Shown here: positions 38,603 through 51,600 of the stretch, in pieces
How the letters are laid out: each line of letters opens with the position of its first letter
Position numbering within the stretch: position 1 is the stretch's first letter
Source: the human T2T-CHM13v2.0 reference genome, Homo sapiens
Direction: 5' to 3' (one strand)
Assembly: GCF_009914755.1 (NCBI RefSeq)
Contig: NC_060935.1
Length of the DNA: 64,000 bases
Made by a program: the position numbers and the translations under genes
Notes under the pieces: model-generated
Databases searched by the model: none
What the model saw: only the letters and a program-made list of their open reading frames with translations
Told to the model about the DNA's origin: nothing

Positions 38603-38619
38603 CTTCGTTCGAAACGGGT
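38603..38619 (+). promoter_or_regulatory. Intact CENP-B box in monomer 2 (variant HOR, duplicate of 36903)
   Basis: CTTCGTTCGAAACGGGT lies exactly 1700 bp after the first. Confidence 0.85.
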
Positions 38620-41600
38620 ATACCTTCACATCAAACCTAGACAGAAGCATTCTCAGAATGTTTCCTGTGATGACTGCATTCAACTCACAGAGGTGAACAA
38701 TCCTGCTGATGGAGCAGTTTTGAAACTCTCTTTCTTTGGATTCTGCAAGTGGATATGTGGACCTCTGTGAAGATTTCGTTGGAAACGGGTTCATCTTCAC
38801 AGAAAAACTAAACAGGAGCATTCTCAGAAACTGCTTTGTGATGTTTGTGTTCCACTTCAGGAATTGAACTTTCCTCTTGAGAGAGCAGCTCTGAAACCCT
38901 CTTTTTCTAGAATCTGCAAGTGGACATTTGGAGGGCTTTGAGGCCTGTGGTGGAAAAGAAAACTCTTCACATAAAAACTAGATGGAAGCATTCTCAGAAA
39001 CTACTTTGCGATGATTGCATTCGACTCACAGAGTTGAACATTCCTATAGATAGAGCAGGTTGTAAACAATCTTTTTGTAGAATCTGCGATTGGAGATTTG
39101 GACTGCTTTGAGGCCTACTGTCGTAAAGGAAATAACTTCATCTAAAAACCAAACGGAAGCATTCACAGACAATTCTTAGTGATCATTGGATTGAACTAAC
39201 AGAGCTGAACATTCCTTTAGATGGCGCAGTTTCCAAACACACTTTCTGTAGAATCTGCAAGTGGATATTTGGACCTCTCTGAGGATTTCGTTGGAAACGG
39301 GATAAACTTCCCAGAACTACACGGAAGCATTCTGAGAAACTTCTTTGTGATGTTTGCATTCAACTCACAGAGTTGAACCTTGCTTTCATAGTTCAGCTTT
39401 CAAACACTCTTTTTGTAGAATCTTCAAGTGGATATTTGGACCACTTTTTGGCCTTCCTTCGAAACGGGTATATCTTCACATCAAACCTAGACAGAAGCAT
39501 TCTCAGAATGTTTCCTGCGATGACTGCATTCAACACACAGAGGTTAACAATCCTGCTGATGGAGCAGTTTTGAAACTCTCTTTCTTTGGATTCTGCAAGT
39601 GGATATGTGGACCTCTGTGAAGATTTCGTTGGAAACGGGTTCATCTTCACAGAAAAACTAAACAGGAGCATTCTCAGAAACTGCTTTGTGATGTTTGTGT
39701 TCCACTTCAAGAATTGAACTTTCTTTTTGACAGAGCAGCCCTGAAACCCTCTTTTTCTAGAATCTGCAAGTGGACATTTGGAGGCCTTTCAGGCCTGTGG
39801 TGGAAAAGGAAAATCTTCACATAAAAACTAGATGGAAGCATTCTCAGAAACTACTTTGCGATGATTGCATTCGACTCACAGAGTTGAACATTCCTATAGA
39901 TAGAGCAGGTTGTAAACAATCTTTTTGTAGAATCTGCGATTGGAGATTTGGACTGCTTTGAGGCCTACTGTAGTAAAGGAAATAACTTCATCTAAAAACC
40001 AAACGGAAGCATTCACAGACAATTCTTAGTGATCATTGGATTGAACTAACAGAGCTGAACATTCCTTTAGATGGAGCAGTTTCCAAACACACTTTCTGTA
40101 GAATCTGCAAGTGGATATTTGGACCTCTCTGAGGATTTCGTTGGAAAAGGGATAAAATTCCCAGAACTACACGGAAGCATTCTGAGAAAATTCTTTGTGA
40201 TGTTTGCATTCAACTCACAGAGTTGAAACTTGCTTTCATAGTTCAGCTTTCAAACACTCTTTTTGTAGGATCTGCAAGTGGATATTTGGACCACTTTGTG
40301 GCCTTCCTTCGAAACGGGTATATCTTCACATCAAACCTAGACAGAAGCATTCTCAGAATGTTTCCTGTGATGACTGCATTCAACTCACAGAGGTGAACAA
40401 TCCTGCTGATGGACCAGTTTTGAAACTCTCTTTCTTTGGATTCTGCAAGTGGATATGTGGACCTCTGTGAAGATTTCGTTGGAAACGGGTTCATCTTCAC
40501 AGAAAAACTAAACAGGAGCATTCTCAGAAACTGCTTTGTGATGTTTGTGTTCCACTTCAGGAATTGAACTTTCCTCTTGACAGAGCAGCTCTGAAACCCT
40601 CTTTTTCTAGAATCTGCAAGTGGAGATTTGGAGGGCTTTGAGGCCTGTGGTGGAATAGGAAAATCTTCACATAAAAACTAGATGGAAGCATTCTCAGAAA
40701 CTACTTTGTGATGGTTGCATTCGACTCACAGAGTTGAACATTCCTATAGATAGAGCAGGTTGTAAACAATCTTTTTGTAGAATCTGCGATTGGAGATTTG
40801 GACTGCTTTGAGGCCTTCTGTAGTAAAGGAAATAACTTCATCTAAAAACCAAACGGAAGCATTCACAGACAATTCTTTGTGATCCTTGGATTGAACTAAC
40901 AGAGCTGAACATTCCTTTAGATGGCGCAGTTTCCAAACACACTTTCTGTAGAATCTGCAAGTGGATATTTGGACCTCTCTGAGGATTTCGTTGTAAAAGG
41001 GATAAACTTCCCAGAACTACACGGAAGCATTCTGAGAAACTTCTTTGTGATGTTTGCATTCAACTCACAGAGTTGAACCTTGCTTTCATAGTTCAGCTTT
41101 CAAACACTCTTTTTGTAGAATCTGCAAGTGGATATTTGGACCACTTTGTGGCCTTCCTTCGAAACGGGTATATCTTCACATCAAACCTAGACCGAAGCAT
41201 TCTCAGAATGTTTCCTCTGATGACTGCATTCAACTCACAGAGGTTAACAATCCTGCTGATGGAGCAGTTTTGAAACTCTCTTTCTTTGGATTCTGCAAGT
41301 GGATATGTGGACCTCTGTGAAGATTTCGTTGGAAACGGGTTCATCTTCACAGAAAAACTAAACAGGAGCATTCTCAGAAACTGCTTTGTGATGTTTGTGT
41401 TCCACTTCAGGAATTGAACTTTCCTCTTGACAGAGCAGCTCTGAAACCCTCTTTTTCTAGAATCTGCATGTGGACATTTGGAGGGCTTTGAGGCCTGTGG
41501 TGGAAAAGGAAAATATTCACATAAAAACTAGATGGAAGCATTCTCAGAAACTACTTTGTGATGATTGCATTCGACTCACAGAGTTGTACATTCCTATAGA

Positions 41601-44600
41601 TAGAGCAGGTTGTAAACAATCTTTTTGTAGAATCTGCGATTGGAGATTTGGACTGCTTTGAGGCCTACTGTAGTAAAGGAAATAACTTCATCTAAAAACC
41701 AAACGGAAGCATTCACAGACAATTCTTAGTGATCATTGGATTGAAATAACTGAGCTGAACATTCCTTTAGATGGCGCAGTTTCCAAACACACTTTCTGTA
41801 GAATCTGCAAGTGGATATTTGGACCTCTCTGAGGATTTCGTTGGAAACGGTCTAAACTTCCCAGAACTACACGGAAGTATTCTGAGAAACTTCTTTGTGA
41901 TGTTTGCATTCAACTCACAGAGTTGAACCTTGCTTTCATATTTCAGCTTTCAAACACTCTTTTTGTAGAATCTGCAAGTGGATATTTGGACCACTTTGTG
42001 GCCTTCCTTCGAAACGGGTATATCTTCACATCAAACCTAGACAGAAGCATTCTCAGAATGTTTCCTGTGATGACTGCATTCAACTCACAGAGGTGAACAA
42101 TCCTGCTGATGGAGCAGTTTTGAAACTCTCTTTCTTTGGATTCTGCAAGTGGATATGTGGACCTCTGTGAAGATTTCGTTGGAAACGGGTTTATCTTCAC
42201 AGAAAAACTAAACAGAAGCATTCTCAGAAACTGCTTTGTGATGTTTGTGTTCCACTTCAAGAATTGAACTTTCCTCTTGACAGAGCAGCTCTGAAACCCT
42301 CTTTTTCTAGAATCTGCAAGTGGACATTTGGAGGGCTTTTAGGCCTGTGGTGGAAAAGGAAAATCTTCACATAAAAACTAGATGGAAGCATTCTCAGAAA
42401 CTACTTTGCGATGATTGCATTCGACTCACAGAGTTGAACATTCCTATAGATAGAGCAGGTTGTAAACAATCTTTTTGTAGAATCTGCGATTGGAGATTTG
42501 GACTGCTTTGAGGCCTACTGTAGTAAAGGAAATAACTTCATCTAAAAACCAAACGGAAGCATTCACAGAAAATTCTTAGTGATCATTGGATTGAACTAAC
42601 AGAGCTGAACATTCCTTTAGATGGAGCAGTTTCCAAACACACTTTCTGTAGAATCTGCAAGTGGATATTTGGACCTCTCTGAGGATTTCGTTGGAAAAGG
42701 GATAAACTTCCCAGAACTACACGGAAGCATTCTGAGAAAATTCTTTGTGATGTTTGCATTCAACTCACAGAGTTGAACCTTGCTTTCATAGTTCAGCTTT
42801 CAAACACTCTTTTTGTAGGATCTGCAAGTGGATATTTGGACCACTTTGTGGCCTTCCTTCGAAACGGGTATATCTAAACATCAAACCTAGACAGAAGCAT
42901 TCTCAGAATGTTTCCTGTGATGACTGCATTCAACTCACAGAGGTGAACAATCCTGCTGATGGACCAGTTTTGAAACTCTCTTTCTTTGGATTCTGCAAGT
43001 GGATATGTGGACCTCTGTGAAGATTTCGTTGGAAACGGGTTCATCTTCACAGAAAAACTAAACAGGAGCATTCTCAGAAACTGCTTTGTGATGTTTGTGT
43101 TCCACTTCAGGAATTGAACTTTCCTCTTGACAGAGCAGCTCTGAAACCCTCTTTTTCTAGAATCTGCAAGTGGACATTTGGAGGGCTTTGAGGCCTGTGG
43201 TGGAAAAGGAAAATCTTCACATAAAAACTAGATGGAAGCATTCTCAGAAACTACTTTGTGATGGTTGCATTCGACTCACAGAGTTGAACATTCCTATAGA
43301 TAGAGCAGGTTGTAAACAATCTTTTTGTAGAATCTGCGATTGGAGATTTGGACTGCTTTGAGGCCTACTGTAGTAAAGGAAATAACTTCATCTAAAAACC
43401 AAACGGAAGCATTCACAGACAATTCTTAGTGATCATTGGATTGAACTAACAGAGCTGAACATTCCTTTAGATGGAGCAGTTTCCAAACACACTTTCTGTA
43501 GAATCTGGAAGTGGATATTTGGACCTCTCTGAGGATTTCGTTGGAAACGGGCTAATCTTCCCAGAACTACACGGAAGCATTCTGAGAAACTTCTTTGTGA
43601 TGTTTGCATTCAACTCACAGAGTTGAACCTTGCTTTCATAGTTCAGCTTTCAAACACTCTTTTTGTAGAATCTGCAAGTGGATATTTGGACCACTTTGTG
43701 GCCTTCCTTCGAAACGGGTATATCTTCACATCAAACCTAGACAGAAGCATTCTCAGAATGTTTCCTGTGATGACTGCATTCAACTCACAGAGGTGAACAA
43801 TCCTGCTGATGGAGCAGTTTTGAAACTCTCTTTCTTTGGATTCTGCAAGTGGATATGTGGACCTCTGTGAAGATTTCGTTCGAAACAGGTTCATCTTCAC
43901 AGAAAAACTAAACAGGAGCATTCTCAGAAACTGCTTTGTGATGTTTGTGTTCCACTTCAGGAATTGAACTTTCCTCTTGACAGAGCTGCTCTGAAACCCT
44001 CTTTTTCTAGAATCTGCATGTGGACATTTGGAGGGCTTTGAGGCCTGTGGTGGAAAAGGAAAATCTTCACATAAAAACTAGATGGAAGGATTCTCAGAAA
44101 CTACTTTGTGATGATTGCATTCGACTCACAGAGTTGTACATTCCTATAGATAGAGCAGGTTGTAAACAATCTTTTTGTAGAATCTGCGATTGGAGATTTG
44201 GACTGCTTTGAGGCCTACTGTAGTAAAGGAAATAACTTCTTCTAAAAACCAAACGGAAGCATTCACAGACAATTCTTAGTGATCATTGGTTTGAAATAAC
44301 TGAGCTGAACATTCCTTTAGATGGCGCAGTTTCCAAACACACTTTCTGTAGAATCTGCAAGTGGATATTTGGACCTCTCTGAGGATTTCGTTGGAAACGG
44401 GATAAACTTCCCAGAACTACACGGAAGCATTCTGAGAAACTTCTTTGTGATGTTTGCATTCAACTCACAGAGTTGAACCTTGCTTTCATAGTTCAGCTTT
44501 GAAACACTCTTTTTGTAGAATCTGCAAGTGGATATTAGGACCACTTTGTGGCCTTCCTTCGAAACGGGTATATCTTCACATCAAACCTAGACAGAAGCAT

Positions 44601-47600
44601 TCTCAGAATGTTTCCTGTGATGACTGCATTCAACTCACAGATGTGAACAATCCTGCTGATGGAGCAGTTTTGAATCTCTCTTTCTTTGGATTCTGCAAGT
44701 GGATATGTGGACCTCTGTGAAGATTTCGTTGGAAACGGGTTCATCTTCACAGAAAAACTAAACAGGAGCATTCTCAGAAACTGCTTTGTGATGTTTGTGT
44801 TCCACTTCAGGAATTGAACTTTCCTCTTGAGAGAGCAGCTCTGAATCCCTCTTTTTCTAGAATCTGCAAGTGGATATTTGGAGGGCTTTGAGGCCTGTGG
44901 TGGAAAAGGAAACTCTTCACATAAAAACTAGATGGAAGCATTCTCAGAAACTACTTTGTGATGATTGCATTCGACTCACAGAGTTGAACATTCCTATAGA
45001 TAGAGCAGGTTGTAAACAATCTTTTTGTAGAATCTGCGATTGGAGATTTGGACTGCTTTGAGGCCTACTGTAGTAAAGGAAATAACTTCATCTAAAAATC
45101 AAACGGAAGCATTCACAGACAATTCTTAGTGATCATTGGATTGAACTAACAGAGCTGAACATTCCTTTAGATGGCGCAGTTTCCAAACACACTTTCTGTA
45201 GAATCTGCAAGTGGATATTTGGACCTCTCTGAGGATTTAGTTGGAAACGGTCTAAACTTCCCAGAACTACACGGAAGTATTCTGAGAAACTTCTTTGTGA
45301 TGTTTGCATTCAACTCACAGAGTTGAACCTTGCTTTCATATTTCAGCTTTCAAACACTCTTTTTGTAGAATCTGCAAGTGGATATTTGGACCACTTTGTG
45401 GCCTTCCTTCGAAACGGGTATATCTTCACATCAAACCTAGACAGAAGCATTCTCAGAATGTTTCCTGTGATGACTGCATTCAACTCACAGAGGTGAACAA
45501 TCCTGCTGATGGAGCAGTTTTGAAACTCTCTTTCTTTGGATTCTGCAAGTGGATATGTGGACCTCTGTGAAGATTTCGTTGGAAATGGGTTTATCTTCAC
45601 AGAAAAACTAAACAGAAGCATTCTCAGAAACTGCTTTGTGATGTTTGTGTTCCACTTCAAGAATTGAACTTTCCTCTTGACAGAGCAGCTCTGAAACCCT
45701 CTTTTTCTAGAATCTGCAAGTGGACATTTGGAGGGCTTTTAGGCCTGTGGTGGAAAAGGAAAATCTTCACATAAAAACTAGATGGAAGCATTCTCAGAAA
45801 CTACTTTGCGATGATTGCATTCGACTCACAGAGTTGAACATTCCTATAGATAGAGCAGGTTGTAAACAATCTTTTTGTAGAATCTGCGATTGGAGATTTG
45901 GACTGCTTTGAGGCCTACTGTAGTAAAGGAAATAACTTCATCTAAAAACCAAATGGAAGCATTCACAGAAAATTCTTAGTGATCATTGGATTGAACTAAC
46001 AGAGCTGAACATTCCTTTAGATGGAGCAGTTTCCAAACACACTTTCTGTAGAATCTGCCACTGGATATTTGGACCTCTCTGAGGATTTCGTTGGAAAAGG
46101 GATAAACTTCCCAGAACTACACGGAAGCATTCTGAGAAAATTCTTTGTGATGTTTGCATTCAACTCACAGAGTTGAACCTTGCTTTCATAGTTCAGCTTT
46201 CAAACACTCTTTTTGTAGGATCTGCAAGTGGATATTTGGACCACTTTGTGGCCTTCCTTCGAAACGGGTATATCTTCACATCAAACCTAGACAGAAGCAT
46301 TCTCAGAATGTTTCCTGTGATGACTGCATTCAACTCACAGAGGTGAACAATCCTGCTGATGGAGCAGTTTTGAAACTCTCTTTCTTTGGATTCTGCAAGT
46401 GGATATGTGGACCTCTGTGAAGATTTCGTTGGAAACGGGTTTATCTTCACAGAAAAACTAAACAGAAGCATTCTCAGAAACTGCTTTGTGATGTTTGTGT
46501 TCCACTTCAAGAATTGAACTTTCCTCTTGACAGAGCAGCTCTGAAACCCTCTTTTTCTAGAATCTGCAAGTGGACATTTGGAGGGCTTTTAGGCCTGTGG
46601 TGGAAAAGGAAAATCTTCACATAAAAACTAGATGGAAGCATTCTCAGAAACTACTTTGCGATGATTGCATTCCACTCACGAAGTTGAACATTCCTATAGA
46701 TAGAGCAGGTTGTAAACAATCTTTTTGTAGAATCTGCGATTGGAGATTTGCACTGCTTTGAGGCCTACTGTAGTAAAGGAAATAACCTCATCTAAAAACC
46801 AAACGGAAGCATTCACAGAAAATTCTTAGTGATCATTGGATTGAACTAACAGAGCTGAACATTCCTTTAGATGGAGCAGTTTCCAAACACACTTTCTGTA
46901 GAATCTGCAAGTGGATATTTGGACCTCTCTGAGGATTTCGTTGGAAAAGGGATAAACTTCCCAGAACTACACGGAAGCATTCTGAGAAAATTCTTTGTGA
47001 TGTTTGCATTCAACTCACAGAGTTGAACCTTGCTTTCATAGTTCAGCTTTCAAACACTCTTTTTGTAGGATCTGCAAGTGGATATTTGGACCACTTTGTG
47101 GCCTTCCTTCGAAACGGGTATATCTAAACATCAAACCTAGACAGAAGCATTCTCAGAATGTTTCCTGTGATGACTGCATTCAACTCACAGAGGTGAACAA
47201 TCCTGCTGATGGACCAGTTTTGAAACTCTCTTTCTTTGGATTCTGCAAGTGGATATGTGGACCTCTGTGAAGATTTCGTTGGAAACGGGTTCATCTTCAC
47301 AGAAAATCTAAACAGGAGCATTCTCAGAAACTGCTTTGTGATGTTTGTGTTCCACATCAGGAATTGAACTTTCCTCTTGACAGAGCAGCTCTGAAACCCT
47401 CTTTTTCTAGAATCTGCAAGTGGACATTTGGAGGGCTTTGAGGCCTGTGGTGGAAAAGGAAAATCTTCACATAAAAACTAGATGGAAGCATTCTCAGAAA
47501 CTACTTTGTGATGGTTGCATTCGACTCACAGAGTTGAACATTCCTATAGATAGAGCAGGTTGTAAACAATCTTTTTGTAGAATCTGCGATTGGAGATTTG

Positions 47601-48699
47601 GACTGCTTTGAGGCCTACTGTAGTAAAGGAAATAACTTCATCTAAAAACCAAACGGAAGCATTCACAGACAATTCTTAGTGATCATTGGATTGAACTAAC
47701 AGAGCTGAACATTCCTTTAGATGGAGCAGTTTCCAAACACACTTTCTGTAGAATCTGGAAGTGGATATTTGGACCTCTCTGAGGATTTCGTTGGAAACGG
47801 GCTAATCTTCCCAGAACTACACGGAAGCATTCTGAGAAACTTCTTTGTGATGTTTGCATTCAACTCACAGAGTTGAACCTTGCTTTCATAGTTCAGCTTT
47901 CAAACACTCTTTTTGTAGAATCTGCAAGTGGATATTTGGACCACTTTGTGGCCTTCCTTTGAAACGGGTATATCTTCACATCAAACCTAGACAGAAGCAT
48001 TCTCAGAATGTTTCCTGTGATGACTGCATTGAACTCACAGAGGTGAACAATCCTGTTGATGGAGCAGTTTTGAAACTCTCTTTCTTTGGATTCTGCAAGT
48101 TGATATGTGGACTTCTGTGAAGATTTCGTTGGAAACGGGTTCATCTTCACAGAAAAACTAAACAGAAGCATTCTCAGAAACTGCTTTGTGATGTTTGTGT
48201 TCCACTTCAAGAATTGAACTTTCCTCTTGACAGAGCAGCTCTGAAACCCTCTTTTTCTAGAATCTGCAAGTGGACATTTGGAGGGCTTTGAGGCCTGTGG
48301 TGGAAAAGGAAAATCTTCACCTAAAAACTAGATGGAAGCATTCTCAGAAACTACTTTGTGATGATTGCATTCGACTCACAGAGTTGAACATTCCTATAGA
48401 TAGAGCAGGTTGTAAACAATCTTTTTGTAGAATCTGCGATTGGAGATTTGGACTGCTTTGAGGCCTATTGTAGTAAAGGAAATAACTTCATCTAAAAACC
48501 AAACGGAAGCATTCACAGACAATGCTTAGTGATCATTGGATTGAACTAACAGAGCTGAACATTCCTTTAGATGGAGCAGTTTCCAAACACACTTTCTGTA
48601 GAATCTGCAAGTGGATATTTGGACCTCTCTGAGGATTTCGTTGGAAACGGGATAAACTTCCCAGAACTACACGGAAGCATTCTGAGAAACTTCTTTGTG

Positions 48700-51600
48700 A
48701 TGTTTGCATTCAACTCACAGAGTTGAACCTTGCTTTCATAGTTCAGCTTTCAAACACTCTTTTTGTAGAATCTGCAAGTGGATATTTGGACCACTTTGTG
48801 GCCTTCCTTCGAAACGGGTATATCTTCACATCAAACCTAGACAGAAGCATTCTCAGAATGTTTCCTGTGATGACTGCATTCAACTCACAGAGGTGAACAA
48901 TCCTGTTGATGGAGCGGTTTTGAAACTCCCTTTCTTTGGATTCCGCAAGTGGATATGTGGAACTCTGTGAAGATTTCGTTGGAAACGGGTTCATCTTCAC
49001 AGAAAAACTAAACAGGAGCATTCTCAGAAACTGCTTTGTGATGTTTGTGTTCCACTTCAAGAATTGAACTTTCCTCTTGACAGAGCAGCTCTGAAACCCT
49101 CTTTTTCTAGAATCTGCAAGTGGACATTTGGAGGGCTTTGAGGCCTGTGGTGGAAAAGGAAAATCTTCACATAAAAACTAGATGGAAGCATTCTCAGAAA
49201 CTACTTTGTGATGATTGCATTCGACTCACAGAGTTGAACATTCCTATAGATAGAGCAGGTTGTAAACAATCTTTTTGTAGAATCTGCGATTGGAGATTTG
49301 GACTGCTTTGAGGCCTACTGTAGTAAAGGAAATAACTTCATCTAAAAACCAAACGGAAGCATTCACAGACAATTCTTAGTGATCATTGGATTGAACTAAC
49401 AGAGCTGAACATTCCTTTAGATGGAGCAGTTTCCAAACACACTTTCTGTAGAATCTGCAAGTGGATATTTGGACCTCTCTGAGGATTTCGTTGGAAACGG
49501 GATAAACTTCCCAGAACTACACGGAACCATTGTTAGAAACTTCTTTGTGATGTTTGCATTCAACTCACAGAGTTGAACCTTGCTTTCATAGTTCAGCTTT
49601 CAAACACTCTTTTTGTAGAATCTGCAAGTGGATATTTGGACCACTTTGTGGCCTTCCTTTGAAACGGGTATATCTTCACATCAAACCTAGACAGAAGCAT
49701 TCTCAGAATGTTTCCTGTGATGACTGCATTGAACTCACAGAGGTGAACAATCCTGTTGATGGAGCAGTTTTGAAACTCTCTTTCTTTGGATTCTGCAAGT
49801 TGATATGTGGACTTCTGTGAAGATTTCGTTGGAAACGGGTTCATCTTCACAGAAAAACTAAACAGAAGCATTCTCAGAAACTGCTTTGTGATTTTTGTGT
49901 TCCACTTCAAGAATTGAACTTTCCTCTTGACAGAGCAGCTCTGAAACCCTCTTTTTCTAGAATCTGCAAGTGGACATTTGGAGGGCTTTGAGGCCTGTGG
50001 TGGAAAAGGAAAATCTTCACATAAAAACTAGATGGAAGCATTCTCAGAAACTACTTTGTGATGATTGCATTCGACTCACAGAGTTGAACATTCCTATAGA
50101 TAGAGCAGGTTGTAAACAATCTTTTTGTAGAATCTGCGATTGGAGATTTGGAATGCTTTGAGGCCTACTGTAGTAAAGGAAATAACTTCATCTAAAAACC
50201 AAACGGAAGCATTCACAGACAATGCTTAGTGATCATTGGATTGAACTAACAGAGCTGAACATTCCTTTAGATGGAGCAGTTTCCAAACACACTTTCTGTA
50301 GAATCTGCAAGTAGATATTTGGTCCTCTCTGAGGATTTCGTTGGAAACGGGATAAACTTCCCAGAACTACACGGAAGCATTCTGAGAAACTTCTTTGTGA
50401 TGTTTGCATTCAACTCACAGAGTTGAACCTTGCTTTCATAGTTCAGCTTTCAAACACTCTTTTTGTAGAATCTGCAAGTGGATATTTGGACCACTTTGTG
50501 GCCTTCCTTCGAAACGGGTATATCTTCACATCAAACCTAGACAGAAGCATTCTCAGAATGTTTCCTGTGATGACTGCATTCAACACACGGAGATGAACAA
50601 TCCTGTTGATGGAGCCGTTTTGAAACTCCCTTTCTTTGGATTCTGCAAGTGGATATGTGGAACTTTGTGAAGATTTCGTTGGAAACGGGTTCATCTTCAC
50701 AGAAAAACTAAACAGGAGCATTCTCAGAAACTGCTTTGTGATGTTTGTGTTCCACTTCAGGAATTGAACTTTCCTCTTGACAGAGCAGCTCTGAAACCCT
50801 CTTTTTCTAGAATCTGCAAGTGGACATTTGGAGGGCTTTGAGGCCTGTGGTGGAAAAGGAAAATCTTCCCATAAAAACAAGATGGAAGCATTCTCAGAAA
50901 CTACTTTGTGATGATTGCATTCGACTCACAGAGTTGAACATTCCTATAGATAGAGCAGGTTGTAAACAATCTTTTTGTAGAATCTGCGATTGGAGATTTG
51001 GACTGCTTTGAGGCCTACTGTAGTAAAGGAAATAACTTCATCTAAAAACCAAACGGAGACATTCAAAGACAATTCTTAGTGATCATTGGATTGAACTAAC
51101 AGAGCTAAACATTCCTTTAGATGCCGCAGTTTCCAAACTCACTCTCTGTAGAATCTGCAAGTGGATATTTGGACCTCTCTGAGGATTTCGTTGGTAACGG
51201 GATAAACTTCCCAGAACTACACGGAAGCATTCTGAGAAACTTCTTTGTGATGTTTGCATTCAACTCACAGAGTTGAACCTTGCTTTCATAGTTCAGCTTT
51301 CAAACACTCTTTTTATAGAATCTGCAAGTGGATATTTGGACCACTTTGTGGCCTTCCTTCGAAACGGGTATATCTTCACATCAAACCTAGACAGAAGCAT
51401 TCTCAGAATGTTTCCTTTGATGACTGCATTCAACTCACAGAGGTGAACAATCCTGTTGATGGAGCCGTTTTGAAACTCCCTTTCTTTGGATTCCGCAAGT
51501 GGATATGTGGAACTCTGTGAAGATTTCGTTGGAAACGGGTTCATCTTCACAGAAAAACTAAACAGGAGCATTCTCAGAAACTGCTTTGTGATGTTTGTGT

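Larger units (their letters stand above)
36700..40000 (+). repeat. Tandem duplication with 2-HOR (1700 bp) period
   Basis: Shared markers: ggaactct ~36724/38424, cttcgttcg 36907/38607, tgtcgtaa 37422/39122, caacacac ~37835/39535, ttctttttga ~38024/39724, gaggcctttcagg ~38085/39785. Confidence 0.85.

Noticed and set aside
35143-50880. Longer minus-strand ORFs (131 aa at 35143-35538; 145 aa at 50443-50880)
   Set aside because: Each arises from a single SNV that creates a start or removes a stop in one repeat copy, and there is no evidence of coding function.
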